A stretch of DNA of 64,000 nt, taken from positions 25,978,001-26,042,000 of the forward strand of contig NC_042997.1 in NCBI RefSeq assembly GCF_006345805.1, in the 5' to 3' direction. The translations under genes and the position numbers were made by a program. The notes beneath the pieces are model-generated. The model did not search any database, was not told where the DNA came from, and was given only the letters and a program-made list of their open reading frames with translations. This document shows, one piece after another, positions 26,371-40,295 of this stretch. Positions within the stretch are counted from its first letter, which is position 1. Each line of letters starts with the position of its first letter. Source of the DNA: Octopus sinensis (lineage: Eukaryota).

Positions 26371-26973
26371 ACACTGTGAAATGCTGCTGCCCTTGTGCCA
26401 AAAGTTGAAACCATTATTTGAATTGTTTTCAAGTAGTCCAGCACTGAGATCAGTTAAATGAATTGCATTCTACCTTAACAATGTTGGTACTTGATAAGCC
26501 TCAGAAATCAGTCTTTTGTCAATATGCAAAGGAGGCAGATCAACACTATCCGAGGAGTCCCTTTTCTAAAACGGTAGGGATGTAATTTGAGGATGATTTG
26601 ACATACGTGTGTTAATATATGTATTTATGCATGTACTACGAACATGGACCCATTTGACATTATTGTAGCAGTAACTTATCTACCCAACTCCTTTGCAATA
26701 TACACAGATCCACAAGTCAACGCCCTTATAACACAGATCCACAACCTAAGACTCTTGTAGTACGCAAATCCACAGATCCAACCAGCACTATCGTAACATC
26801 CACGGAACTGCTCAATTTATTCTTTTTCACGCATACGTAAATATAAAAACCAACAAATGTATCTCTATGGGAACGTTCTACATGCAAAGTTTACAAAGTA
26901 AATTAACACTACATCACAGCCTAAATTCTATTTATAAAAAAAAAACACTAGATATATTGGATAGTGTAGTCCT

Positions 26974-27633
26974 GGGGGCGCAATGGCACAGTGGTTAGGG
27001 CAGCGGACTCGCGGTCATAGGATCGCGGTTTCGATTCCCAGACCGGGCGTTGTGAGTGTTTATTGAGCGAAAACACCTAAAGTTCCACGAGGCTCCGGCA
27101 GGAGATGGTGGTGATCCCTGCTGTACTCTTTCACCACAACTTTCTCTCACTCTTACTTCCTGTTTCTGTTGTACCTGTATTTCAAAGGGCCGGCCTTGTC
27201 ACTCTCTGTGTCACGCTGAATATCCCCGAGAACTTCGTTAAGGGTACACGTGTCTGTGGAGTGCTCAGCCACTTACACGTTAATTTCACGAGCAGGCTGT
27301 TCCATTGATTCGAATCAACCGGAACCCTCGTCGTCGTAACCGACGGAGTGCTTCCATCCACAGTTATATATGAATTACGGATACAGTTATTCATACACAA
27401 CTCACGATATAGCACACATAACTAAATTTACTAGTAACAAATTTCTCCCGACCCAAAGCAGAGTGCACCCGTTTAGATCTTGCTAGAGACCACGGTTTCC
27501 TTTTTTAAATGTAACGAACTGTACAGATTTCTTGCTCAGCCACTTGCACGTTAATTTCACGAGCAGGCTGTTCCGTTGATTCGGATCAACCGGAACCCTC
27601 GTCGTCGTAACCGACGGAGTGCTTCCATCCATC
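26974..27633 (+). mobile_element. SINE family A + 172 bp foreign DNA + second family A tail, enclosed by one TSD
   Basis: Full SINE 26974-27360, spacer 27361-27532, tail 27533-27633. Flanks agtgtagtcct (26963-73) and agtgtggtcct (27634-44). Confidence 0.8.
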
Positions 27634-28183
27634 AGTGTGGTCCTACATACACTTTGTCTAAATATAAAATGAGATTTTGTTGGCTAAAGTAAATAGCCTC
27701 TGGCCATATATCACTTAGATCAGGGCTAAATTTAAACTTTAGAACAACAATAAAAATATTTAATAACTATTTATGGAGATAACGTGGAGATAACAGTAAT
27801 ATATATAAATGATGGAAATGTATGAGGTGAATGTCATTTGGAATGTCTTGTGCATATTTCAAAATTCTTTATAGTATGCGACACACACATTCAGTTCGTC
27901 ACTAACATACACACGTGTATATATTCATTACCAATCTTCACACTTATATATTTAAAAACGCATACACACATGCGCACCTGCGCGCGCGCACACACACGCA
28001 CACACGTACCTTCGCTTCAGTATGTACGTGTAGACAATATACGGAAGCGCCTATTTCGACAGAAATAACTGTTATAGTATGTAGTTACGCACGCACACAC
28101 ACCACACACACACAACATATATATATATATATATATATCTATACTATATAATATATATATATATATATTCGTTGTCGGAAAAA

Positions 28184-28243
28184 GGGGTCACTGAAGAGGA
28201 TTAGTCAAATCTGAAATCCTGAAATTGGCACTGATATGACACC
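28184..28243 (+). ncRNA. Type I hammerhead ribozyme fold
   Basis: Stem I GGGGUCA/UGACACC (6 of 7 pairs); CUGAAGA; stem II GGAUU/AAUCC; extra U; GAAA; stem III UUG-GCAC-UGA; AUA cleavage triplet ending at 28236. Confidence 0.65.
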
Positions 28244-28499
28244 ATCACACCTGCCGTAGGGAAATTGTCTCCCTTGTCAGTCGTTAGAAAAATGCTCTCA
28301 CGTGACTAGGGGTTTGGGTCGTATTTCAAGTAATGTTGGTGCTGACTAGCTAGCACCCTCCGTCACTTTATTTACGACTATTCTTGTTGCCTATCGGTTG
28401 TAATTGCGAATAGCCACCGTAATATTTATATATGCATACCTATATATATACATATATATATACTTGGCATACATATACAACATATATATATATTATATA

Positions 28500-28530
<31 letters not shown>

Positions 28531-28537
28531 CTATATA

Positions 28538-28568
<31 letters not shown>

Positions 28569-28716
28569 GTATGTGTGTACTATTCATATAATATATATGT
28601 AAAATATTCATATAATATATTATATATTTTATATGAATAATATATAGTCTATTGAATAATTTTTTACACTAGGCCACTCGTAGTAAATATTTGTAAATTT
28701 TTTATTATCCTGATAT

Positions 28717-28827
<111 letters not shown>

Positions 28828-28973
28828 TGTATGTATATATATATGTATGTATATATATATGTATATATGTATGTATGTTTGTTTGTATGTATATATGTAT
28901 GTATGTATGTTTGTATGTATGTATGTATATAGATAGATAGATAGATAGATAGATATGTATGTATGTATGCGCA

Positions 28974-29301
28974 TGAAAGTGCATGGCACTGTCGTTAGAG
29001 CGTCTGGCTTACGATCGTGAGGTTCTAAGTTCGCTTCCCGCACCGGGTTGAGTGTTGTGTTCTTGAGCAGGGCACTTTTCTTTTCACGTTGCTCCAGTTC
29101 ACTCATTCAGTAGTGCCAAGCTGTATCGGTCTTTGCCTTTCCCTTGTCGTGGAGAGGGGAGGCTGATATGCACTGGCATAAACAACCCCATAAACAACCT
29201 TGGTTCCCCCATAAACAACCTTGCCCGGACTTGTGCCTCTGAAGGGAACTTTCTCGGTGCAATCCCAAGGTTATTCTTGACCGAAGAGGGCCTTTAACCC
29301 T
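28974..29301 (+). mobile_element. SINE family E (tRNA head + Meta-like body + RTE-like tail)
   Basis: gttcttgagcagggcacttttcttttcacgttgctccagttcactc body; tail aaccttgcccggacttgtgcctc..gtgcaatcccaagg..gaccgaagagggccttt. Confidence 0.7.
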
Positions 29302-30042
29302 GTAATATATAAGTATGTATCTCTTTTGCTTTCATTTTCCCCTTTTCTTTCTCTCGCCCTCTCACCCTCTAGCATTTCTACTCCTTTTCTCTCTCTCCCT
29401 TGCCTTTCTCCTTCCACTTTTTTCTCTGACGCTCCCTCTCCCTGCAGTCATTCTCCTCTGACTGCTACTGTCATATGACCAACGGCCAGTTCATGTTTTT
29501 CTTCCTTTCTTACACTGATCCCGTAGCTAAGTAATCACAAATTCTCTGTCGCTCCGTTCTTTATCCTTCAAGACATTTTCTAAGCGTTGCCCACTATTCT
29601 CGTCTCCTTGGTCCCATTGCCATATTTTGTGCGACTGTTCGTCCTCATCCACCGTCCTAAATCATACTGTGTCGTTTTGCTTCTTCTGTTTTGTTTTGTT
29701 TGATCTGGTCCCTAATTCTCTGCAAGAAACATTTTTTTTTTTTTGCGGGCACCAGCAATTGAGAAGCACTCAGACTTGTTGTTAAAGGTGCGAAACTGAA
29801 TGTTACAATCTGTCGATAACCGATGGAGAATTATGGACCTTCTTTTTGTCTGCCGTTCATTTTTACATTCAGAATACGTTACGTCGTTTGTTTATACATT
29901 TTTTCATTTATATATAGCCGTACGTTGAATGTTCGAAGTCACATATACCTAGAAATCCCCATTCATTTTATGAACTTTCAATCAATGGATGCTTATATTT
30001 TTAAATATACACAAAACATACATTATATGTACATACTCTCAT

Positions 30043-30442
30043 TACTCTTTTATTTGTTTCAGTCATTTGACGGTGGCCACGCTGAAGCATCGCCTTTAGT
30101 CGAGCAAATCGACCCCAAGACTTATTCTTTGTAAGCCTACTAGTTATTCTGACGGGCTCTTTTGCCAAACTGCTAAGTTACGGGGACGTAAATACACCAG
30201 CATCGGTTGTCAAGCGATGTTGGAGGGACAAACACAGACACACAAACATATACACACTCACATACATGTATATGTATACATATATTCGACGAGCTTGTTT
30301 CAGTTTCCGTCCACTCACAAGACTTTGGTCGGCCCGAGGCTATAGTGGAAGACACTTGCCTAAGGTGCCACGCAGTGGGACTGAACCCGGAACCATGTGG
30401 CTTGTAAGCAAGCTACTTACCACACAGCCACTCCTGCGCCTA
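30043..30442 (-). mobile_element. SINE family B
   Basis: Homologous to the other B copies. Confidence 0.88.
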
Positions 30443-30812
30443 ATTAATTAAATTAATTAATTAAATCAAATTAAATACCAAAAAAAGAAAGAATGGAAAA
30501 AATAAGTAGGTATAAACACATGAACAAAAGGAATAAAAACAAATTAAACGAACGTGTATAAACAGGAGATACTGATAATACAGACACATTACCCCACCAC
30601 CACCACCACCACCACCACCGCCACACACACACACAAATTAACACACTAAACATAGACACATACAGGGGTATACGCATGCGCAAACAGACACATACTATAG
30701 GAATGCAAAATAGCTGATCATTAGTAAGGAAAGATACACAAAAAAGAAAGAAGAAAGCAAAGGAGCGCTGATGAGGTCACAGAAGTGTGACGAAAGAACT
30801 CTGGCCGAAATA

Positions 30813-31211
30813 TCTTTATATATAAAAGTGAAGTTGTGTGTCTGTCTCATACGATTTAGATTCCTAACTACTCCCACATTTTGCGGTGCAGTGTAACCAA
30901 AACCGGGTATCTTATAGTCGTGATTCATATCGAGCCCTTCTGTGTATTAGCGCGCGTCTACGATGAGTCTAGGATTTTAAAAATAATTTACCATCATTTT
31001 TTTCCATTTTAATGCATTTTTTCGCTATTATATAAGGGAAGTCACTCTCAAAAAATGTCTACGAGGAGTCAACGATTTAAAAAAAAAATTACCATCATTT
31101 TGTCTTCCATTTTTAATGCATTTGTTTGCTATTTTTTGGCTATAACTCTCTAAAAATGCTTATATAGTTATTTCCCTTACAAACCCGAGCAACGCCGGGC
31201 GATACTGCTAG
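30813..31211 (+). mobile_element. Non-autonomous Helitron
   Basis: Starts TC (30813) after A and ends CTAG (31208-31211) before T; subterminal hairpin cccgagcaacgccggg; internal ~90 bp imperfect duplication; no TSD. Confidence 0.85.
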
Positions 31212-32180
31212 TGATTAATATAAAATAAAGCTGAAGCAAATGAACACCAAATATATAGTGCGTGTGTTCTTATTGGCTAAACTAGCAACATGACCATCCC
31301 CAAATACAACAATGTATACACTCCATTTCACAATGCTCTGCTATCATTTCGACAACTGACGTACGATTCTAAGTGCACCTGGAAAATAGATTTGATGGAA
31401 AGTGTGAGCTTATGCACAGCGAGAGCATTTCATCACTATCAAATATCCTCTAGTGTATCTACTATTACATTGCTAGTTTTACAACCAACTGATCTTTCTT
31501 TACTATATAAGTCTGTCTTCAAGTATTGTACTCCTAAAACAATTCTTCCAGAAAATTATCACAATATTAGGTGTGTTGAAGCTAGTCCATTGTACAGCTC
31601 ATCCCATGCACATGTCTACAATTTCACTCGCAAAGCATAGAGCGATCCGAAAATAAAATAAATGTTATTCGGTGAAGTTACCTTGAGTTTGGCGGATCGT
31701 TTAAAACTGCTGCACCATCATGATTAGGTTCTGATTTAGAATCAAGTAGACAACGAATTGTTATTTATTTAACCTAGAAGGGCTAGCAACACTCATTTGC
31801 ATTCAGAGTAATATCAACCCGAGAACAGGACGCTATTACACTATTCCAAAATTCCGATCCGTCCCCTTCAGAATGAGGTAAAGGTACTGCAGTAGGTTGA
31901 GATTCAAACACCCTCAAATATTTATCATCTTGCCAAAACACCTGAAAGATCTACGTGGAGTTGGGATAGATATTTTCAAGAAGCGTCTCCACCTTCTATA
32001 GCCCAAGATCCGAGAAAAGCCTACATCATTGCAAGAAGCTTAAAAGGGTGCAGCATTGATGATAATTGTAATACGCCAGTATTGCCACAACATTTGAGCT
32101 GACACGTACAAATTAATACATACATACATACACACACATACATGTATATATATATACACACACACCACACACACACACCA

Positions 32181-32228
<48 letters not shown>

Positions 32229-32664
32229 TATATAATATATATATATATATTATATATGTATATATATTTGTAAAAAATGAAGTTCGAAAATGCTGCTATA
32301 TTATACAATTTTTAATTTTTATATATACATTATAACATGTGTTCAGTTCCTGAAATGAACCTTATCAAAAAAGTTATATATAAAAAGACACCTCATGCCG
32401 TCAAACACAAGAAATTCATTTATATACACAACGGTCAAACATCTTAGAGTTCATGTTAGTTGAGATATATAGTTTGAAGTAAGTTCATTCATGCTATATG
32501 TTTCAAAGTGTTCGATGCAGTGGCCCACGGTGGCGATACGTATTTAATACAAAACAGATCAAAGTGGTGGAAAGCAGTCAATACAAAGATTGATGTTTCC
32601 GAAAGAGCGAGGAATTCATTTTTACCTTATATATTTATATATATATATACATATATATATATAC

Positions 32665-32697
<33 letters not shown>

Positions 32698-32707
32698 CAA
32701 TATATTA

Positions 32708-32779
<72 letters not shown>

Positions 32780-33077
32780 TATATATATATATATATATAT
32801 ATTAATAACTATATATATATCTATATATATATATATATTGTAAACCATAATGTTTAAACCTGAAAATCAGGCTATGTTGAAACCTTGAAATATTATTCTA
32901 ACAAAACTCAAACTTATATATATCTATTATTATAGATATATATATATATATAATCTATATAATTATATATATAATTATATAATCATATACTATATATGTA
33001 TATATATATATATATACCATATTATAGTATGTATGTGTGTGTGTGTGTGTTTGTGTGTGTATGTATGTATGTATGTA

Positions 33078-33109
<32 letters not shown>

Positions 33110-33543
33110 GTATATAATATAAGTTTGTATATTTTTATAGAAAAATTATTAATCAATGAAATTTCAACATAGCCTGATTTTCAAGTTTAATCATTTAGGT
33201 TTTTCACAATTTTACAATATTTAATAATAGAATGTTATATATTTATATACTGACAAATCTAGGGCTTTCATGTGTTACGCAAGCATCAGGTTTATATAGT
33301 AGAAGTGACAGTCGCGTTCCACAACTAACAACTATACAATCATCACTACTAAAAAATTAACCTGGTGATTACGTAAAGCATGAATGTAATAGTTTTATTA
33401 CATAAATATAGTTTTAATACATAAATATATAATATTCGATTATTATCATGTTATAAATTTGTAAAACTTGTAAATAATAACATATAAAATTCAGACTATT
33501 GGAATTTCATTGATTAATATATACATATATATATATATATATA

Positions 33544-33846
33544 TCACGTGATCACATGACCTACTAGGCTATCTGATGTTGCTACATATCGCTGGTCACA
33601 ATGCGCTTCGCATTGTTTTAGCCTTCAAATGACGCCACTCCGCTGGGCAAGCGAGCAGAAAGAAAGAATGAGAAAGAGTTGTGGCGAAAGAGTACGCCAG
33701 AGATCGCCACCACCCGTTGCCGGAGGCTCGTGGAGCTTTAGGTGTTTTCGTTCAATAAACACTCACGACGCCCGGTCTCGGAATCGAAAACGCGATCTTA
33801 CGGCTGCGAGATCGCTGCCCTGACCACTGGGCCATTGCGCCTCCAC
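33544..33846 (-). mobile_element. SINE family A head/body with alternative tail 4 ending in (AT)n
   Basis: Family A head and body, then ggcgtcatttgaaggctaaaacaatgcgaagcgcattgtgaccagcg..gtgatcacgtga. Confidence 0.75.
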
Positions 33847-33905
33847 ACGCACACACACACACACAGACACACACCACACACGCACACACACACGCGCACA
33901 CACAT

Positions 33906-33977
<72 letters not shown>

Positions 33978-34855
33978 CTACATGCGCATGTGTATTTGAT
34001 CTTGAGCATGCATTTATTCCTAAGGTCGCTATTTTTGCTGTTGTCTATCTCTTGATCAGGCATGAACAAACCCATCAAGACTATTCTGCCAGTGAACATT
34101 CCATTACTTCCCTTTTTCAAGGGTACCCATGGCCATAATACACAAGGCTTTCTTTTCTAAGAAGACAAAGGGGATTTGATATAGCTTTGACTACTATCCC
34201 TAGCAACCATATATATAATGGCGCCCAAGTTAACTTTTTTTTTTATGGAAGCGTGGGGCGGTAATTGCGTTTTTGTGTATCTTTGTTTTCTTCGAAGATT
34301 TCCTCTAGTTTTCAATGTCATATCCCTCTTTTTCTCCACCTCTCTGTCTCTCTCTCTCTAGATATAGTCTCTAAAGACAAACAGTCGTATATGGCAGATT
34401 GTAAGTTTCTGTATTTTTTTAATTGAAATATATATATAATATATTAAAAAGAAATACATAAATAAATCAGATAATAGGAAGGTAAATTTGATGAAAAAAA
34501 AAACAATGAGTTTCAGCTTAGTTCAATAGGACTCGTTGTTTTGAACACGGAGTTCTATAATTATCAAGATAAGTTGAAACAATAGCTGCATAATCCCAAA
34601 ATAGGATAAGTAAATTACTCTGTTATTAGGAAGCCTTTTTGCTTTATCTCGACAATACGAAGATTTTTCCATTCCACAATATGATATTTTTCACATATCT
34701 AACTATTTTGATGAAGGCAACATTTGATTTGACTACGATAAAGGGAAGTTTACATGTGTTATCATTACCTTGTTTAGATCTTCTTTCATGTTCGTCTTTT
34801 TTTTGCTTTCAATCATTCTTCATATTTATGTATATATATATATTATATACATATA

Positions 34856-34945
<90 letters not shown>

Positions 34946-35009
34946 TATTGTATATATATACTATATATATATGTATATAAGTTATATGGGTATAGATATA
35001 TATATGTAT

Positions 35010-35055
<46 letters not shown>

Positions 35056-35205
35056 TTATATATGTATATATGTATATGTTATTTATAATATTATGTATAT
35101 ATGTATATGTGTATATATATATATATATGTATCTATGTATATATATGTATATATTGTATATATATATTTAGATTGTATATATATATATGTGAATATATAT
35201 ATTAT

Positions 35206-35239
<34 letters not shown>

Positions 35240-37355
35240 TGTGTGTCTGTGTAGGTACATGGACATACATATATGCGCATATATATTTATGTATATACAA
35301 ACACAGATATATTATAGCATATATATATATATTCCTTTATTTATATGGATGTGTGTATGTATATGTACATACACAAATAATATGTCTCTCACTATATATA
35401 TTGCTATATTGTTGATCATCTGTTGAACTGCTTCATGAGCATTGATTTCAGAACTTAATTTTATCTGACTAGATTCCTAAATATGTAGAGAAAAATGTCT
35501 TTCTTTCTCTTTACTGTTTTTGGGTGTATTTTATAACGCTAAACGAAATTCCATTATAATGTTATTATCGCTATTTTCCTATTTTCCTATTTCCCTTTCG
35601 TTATTTCATTCTTTTTTATTTTATTTTTTCTCCCCGTTTTTTTGTTCGATTTGGAGATTATATTTTCTTCTTAAAGCTGAGCATCTTGTTATCTCACTAA
35701 TTTTATAAACCTTTAATCTGTTTTATTAAAAGAAATCCTCTCCTGATCTATGGAATTAAATATTCGAACCCATTACCTTGTTAATATTTTGTATTGTATT
35801 TTTGACTAAAATAAATTCTTAGTTTACTAAAATGTATTATTATCATATGTAATTATTCTTGTTTTAGTATAGATGCTACTGATCTTCAACTTCGTATATC
35901 GTATTGTTTACTTTCTTGTTTTTTCTTGTATTCATCAGAAATGATTTGTTTTGGAGAATATGCAAGCTTCTTACTTCAGTAATAACATCATACTTTCTCT
36001 GATGTAGGGACCATATACCTCTAAATTATTTTATAACTAAAATCAGTATATATAAGTTCAGAGTATTGGCTAAATATTTAAATGTATTTGTAAAACATTT
36101 TAACGCGTTAACACAAAATTGATTACAAGAGTATGATTTACACGGAAACCAAGTAACTATTGACGGCATAATAATATCTTTATAAAACAGCTTGCTATTT
36201 ATATTTATGCTATAAATTTAGGGTAATGTCCAAAATCCAGTCTATCTGATGAGAGCCTGCTGCGGTAAAAAATTAATCCGAAGAAGAGTTTCTAGAATGC
36301 CAATAATTTAATTGATGTGAGGCGTTGACAGTGTATCACATGGCCTCCTGTCTTTTACCAGAGATTAGGGGAAGACTAATTTGTTGTGAGATTTGGTGTG
36401 CCTAACTTATTGACATTGTATGAACTCCTATGGTAGGTATTTACATCCTTGTTTAAGTAGAAGGGAAAACCAAACATTATGAGTAGAAAAGTAATTAGCT
36501 TTAGGAATTCAAAAGTTATATGGTTAAAAATACCTAGAGGAATGCCGATAACATGGGATATAAGATAAAATGCATATGTAGAAACATGAAACATTTATCA
36601 GTAGATCCGCTGTATATATAGCCATAGCGTATAAATCTAATATCGTAAAGTTTCTGTTGGTTTTGATACAACAGACTGCAATCATCGACGTCAATTCCTC
36701 CTAAACATCTTCAAATAAAATCGTTCATTAAAAAAAAATGAGCAATGTCTGTAGATATATGTAATAAGTTACTTTGATATATCACAAAACATTAAAAATT
36801 AATAAATTATTAAACTCTGCAAACTTTAGGGATAAAAAAGTTGATTTTTGGATTTTGTTTTCTTTTGCCTATGTATAATTTGTTGTTTTTTTTACTCAAA
36901 GAAACAGTCTGTTAAAGACATCGTTTTACGAGACAAAATAAATGTATGAAGCCGTAGTTATTAACAGTAAAAAATATACGTAAATGAATATATGTGACAC
37001 GTTTTTTACATCTTTGCATATCGATATATTTCAATAAAAATTTCTAACATTCAGCAAATGTACACATTTAGGCGACGAAAACAATCATATTTGTATGTAT
37101 GGACTATGTATTTATTATGTACTTGTAATTTTATTTGCTTATACTTGCAAGGATTAATACAGGTGCTTGTTGGAAAAACTATATAAATATTTTCTTTGTA
37201 TATAAAAGTTATAAATATTTCACTTATTCAAATTTGCTGCAGCGACATTTTTTTTCACAAACTATAATTTTAAAACCACAAATATTTTAACTTTAATGTG
37301 TTTATTTTTTGTCAGGTGATTTTGATTAGTAGTCTTCTCAATTTAGTAATTATTA

Positions 37356-37360
<5 letters not shown>

Positions 37361-37412
<52 letters not shown>
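37361..37412. repeat. (ATT)n microsatellite
   Basis: Directly visible; another at 43131-43185. Confidence 0.95.
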
Positions 37413-37413
<1 letters not shown>

Positions 37414-39027
37414 CATCAACGTTATTGTTGTTGTTATTGTTGACTCCGTCGTCATCGCCGTCGTTATTATTTTTATACGCAGGAATTCAAATACTCTCTT
37501 GCACGGGAAAGCAAATTTTATCATAAAATATAAACGATTACGCTTATTGACTTAAATTTGTGACCGTCCTATATTAATTTTATGTCGATTCAAAGCGAGA
37601 GTAGATAAAACCCATGTGAAGTTTAAAAAGTAAAAATGTTAACACAATCATAAAATCTTTATTTAAAAATTAAACAAAAAATTAGATACGCCCTGACACA
37701 TACATATATATATGAGCGCCTGTTAGTGCATGCATATAGATTCGTACACACACACACTTCACATATACATACACACACAAAATCTCACTCATTCACACAC
37801 ATGCATACATAAATATATATATATATATGTATATATTCACACACATATGTATACATGCTTATATATATATACGCATGTTTGAATAAGTATATGTGTGATT
37901 GTGTGATGCATGTGCTTGTGTGAGTGTGTGTACAGCATTTCATTCCATGCAATGAAAGGCAGAATATAATCATCAAACAGAAATATGAATAATCTTTTTA
38001 ATCGATATGTTTGGCGCTAAGAAACGATTTCATTAGCAAGTTAAACAGTATAGTATGTGATATGGACATATAAGCAGGCATGTATTCGACCTTAGTCATA
38101 GGCTTAAATTGTTTGTCAGGGATTCTGCATACGCATGTAAGAGTTCGTGGTTGCGTGTCTGCTAAGTAGATAGACATGGACCTCACAAGGTATCAGTTAA
38201 TTCGAGTCATATATTCATTGAAACTGCACGAAAAATCAGTTAGAAATTTGTTGAGGTTATGCTGAATATCTGTGCGAAAGAATGAAACGAAACAAATACA
38301 TGCCGAATATACACTCGGGTAATGGAAATCTGTCCATATAAAGTATACCCTCGTATGAATAATGTTCGCATGTAAAAGAAATATATACATTACGGTAATT
38401 TTTCGGCAACCATCCAAGACATATATAGGCTTCGGTGACAACTGAACGAAGAAACTACTTCTCTCTTTACTTCACTATAAACAACAATCTCCTATAAGAT
38501 AAGTTTCAAGCGACTGGAACATATAAGAATGAGAAGAGCTTGCTCATATATAACTAAAAGGTTCTGTTATATTGGGTTAACGAAAATATGTTTCAACAGT
38601 GTTCTATTAGGAAAATTATTTTAAATTTGCTGATATAAATTCAATTGAGTTGGTGTTGGAATAAGCGAATTGTGGCATTTATTAACTGCCAGAGAAATAC
38701 AAGTAAAAAGTTTTTTATATTTTTTCTTTTAATGAGTAATAACTAATCGGAAACACTAAATTTCAAACATATTCCATATAAAGAAAATAAACATATTCAT
38801 CATAAGGTAACAACGCCCGACATCTGGTTGCTTCTACAACGATTCATTTCTAACAACTGATGTAGAAAGAGACAGGTTCCTGTAAAGACTTAATGCAGGT
38901 AGCAATACGTCACAAGGGATGTTAAGTAGACAAAAACCACAAGCAGATCAACGATGTGTGGTCGTTTATATAAATACATACATATATGTATAAATATATT
39001 GAATATATATATATACATATTATATAT

Positions 39028-39075
<48 letters not shown>

Positions 39076-39553
39076 TACACATACATACACATATATACAT
39101 ATATATGTGTGTGTGTGTTTATATATAATACTTAGATAGCAGGAAAATTATCTTATTTAGGGTTAAAAGTTCTATTGCCACCACCATCACCACTAGCAAC
39201 AACAATTAAGGTGCTGACAATGATGATGATGATAATTGAAATATAAAAATATAAAAATCTCTGACAAAGGCTATTTACAACATTTCTAAAAACAGCTCAA
39301 CAATTGCTGCCTCGGCCAAGCTCAAGATACAAGACTCTTGACATGTCCACCAAAGCGTGACGCCTAAACCAATCAGCTCAACCAACCAACCAACCAATCA
39401 GCTTAAGTAATTGAGTGATACTACACACTGCTTGGTCAGAATACAGTTTGCAAAACCTAGTTACCTGGAGCCCACACAGCTGTATTTAAGGCACAGATTC
39501 AATCATCTCGCTACAGTCAAAAATTGTGAAGCATGACTGTCATCACTACTACA

Positions 39554-39598
39554 TGAACCTGAAGATTGCAGAATTTAATGCATGAAAGTACTAGTTCA
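39554..39598 (+). ncRNA. Minimal type I hammerhead ribozyme fold with palindromic stem III
   Basis: UGAAC CUGAAGA U UGCA GAAUUUAA UGCA U GAAA GUAC UA GUUCA. 5-bp stem I, 4-bp stem II, palindrome AGUACU, cleavage predicted after A39593. Confidence 0.7.
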
Positions 39599-39979
39599 AA
39601 CAGAATGAACATTAACATTTTACTTGTTTCACTTTGGCCATGCTGGAGTACTGACTTTTCGGATTTAGCCCAGCGGCTCAACCCTCATACCTGTTACATA
39701 TATGTGTGTATGTAGTACGAGAAATTAATGTACAGAAAGACGACGAAGGAACGCATGTAAAAACACGCACACAACTCTTGGACATGCTTAACCCTAATCA
39801 AATATAGACACCCCCATACCAACATTAGCAACATTTTACTCTTTTATCGATAAGTTTGTTCATTTCAGTGCCATGGACAGCAAAACGCTGCTGGGGATAA
39901 GTGAGCAGACAATGGATGGTGACGCAAACAAATAAGCGACGCGAGTAGTAATATATATATATATAATATATATATATAT

Positions 39980-40050
<71 letters not shown>

Positions 40051-40074
40051 CTTATATATATATATAGATATAGA

Positions 40075-40106
<32 letters not shown>

Positions 40107-40118
40107 CATATATATATG

Positions 40119-40157
<39 letters not shown>

Positions 40158-40244
40158 GTATATATATACATATACATACATACATATATATATATGTATA
40201 TATACATATATGTACATACATACATGCATATATATATATATATA

Positions 40245-40281
<37 letters not shown>

Positions 40282-40295
40282 CAACATACGTACTA

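Noticed and set aside
26974-27050. tRNA-like sequences at SINE heads
   Set aside because: A and B boxes are present but acceptor and anticodon stems do not pair properly, and each continues into a SINE body with a TSD; not tRNA genes.
31290-31640. 116-aa plus ORF; minus-strand SFNTPNIV..KNCFRSTILEDRL resembling a hAT dimerisation domain
   Set aside because: Similarity too short and surrounded by stops; no family call justified.
36240-36300. CTGATGAGAGCC...
   Set aside because: No GAAA at a closable stem II and no stem I.
37998-38441. Two minus-strand ORFs in the same frame separated by one TGA (possible selenocysteine read-through)
   Set aside because: No selenoprotein motif (no CxxU-type context) and no SECIS recognised; consistent with chance.
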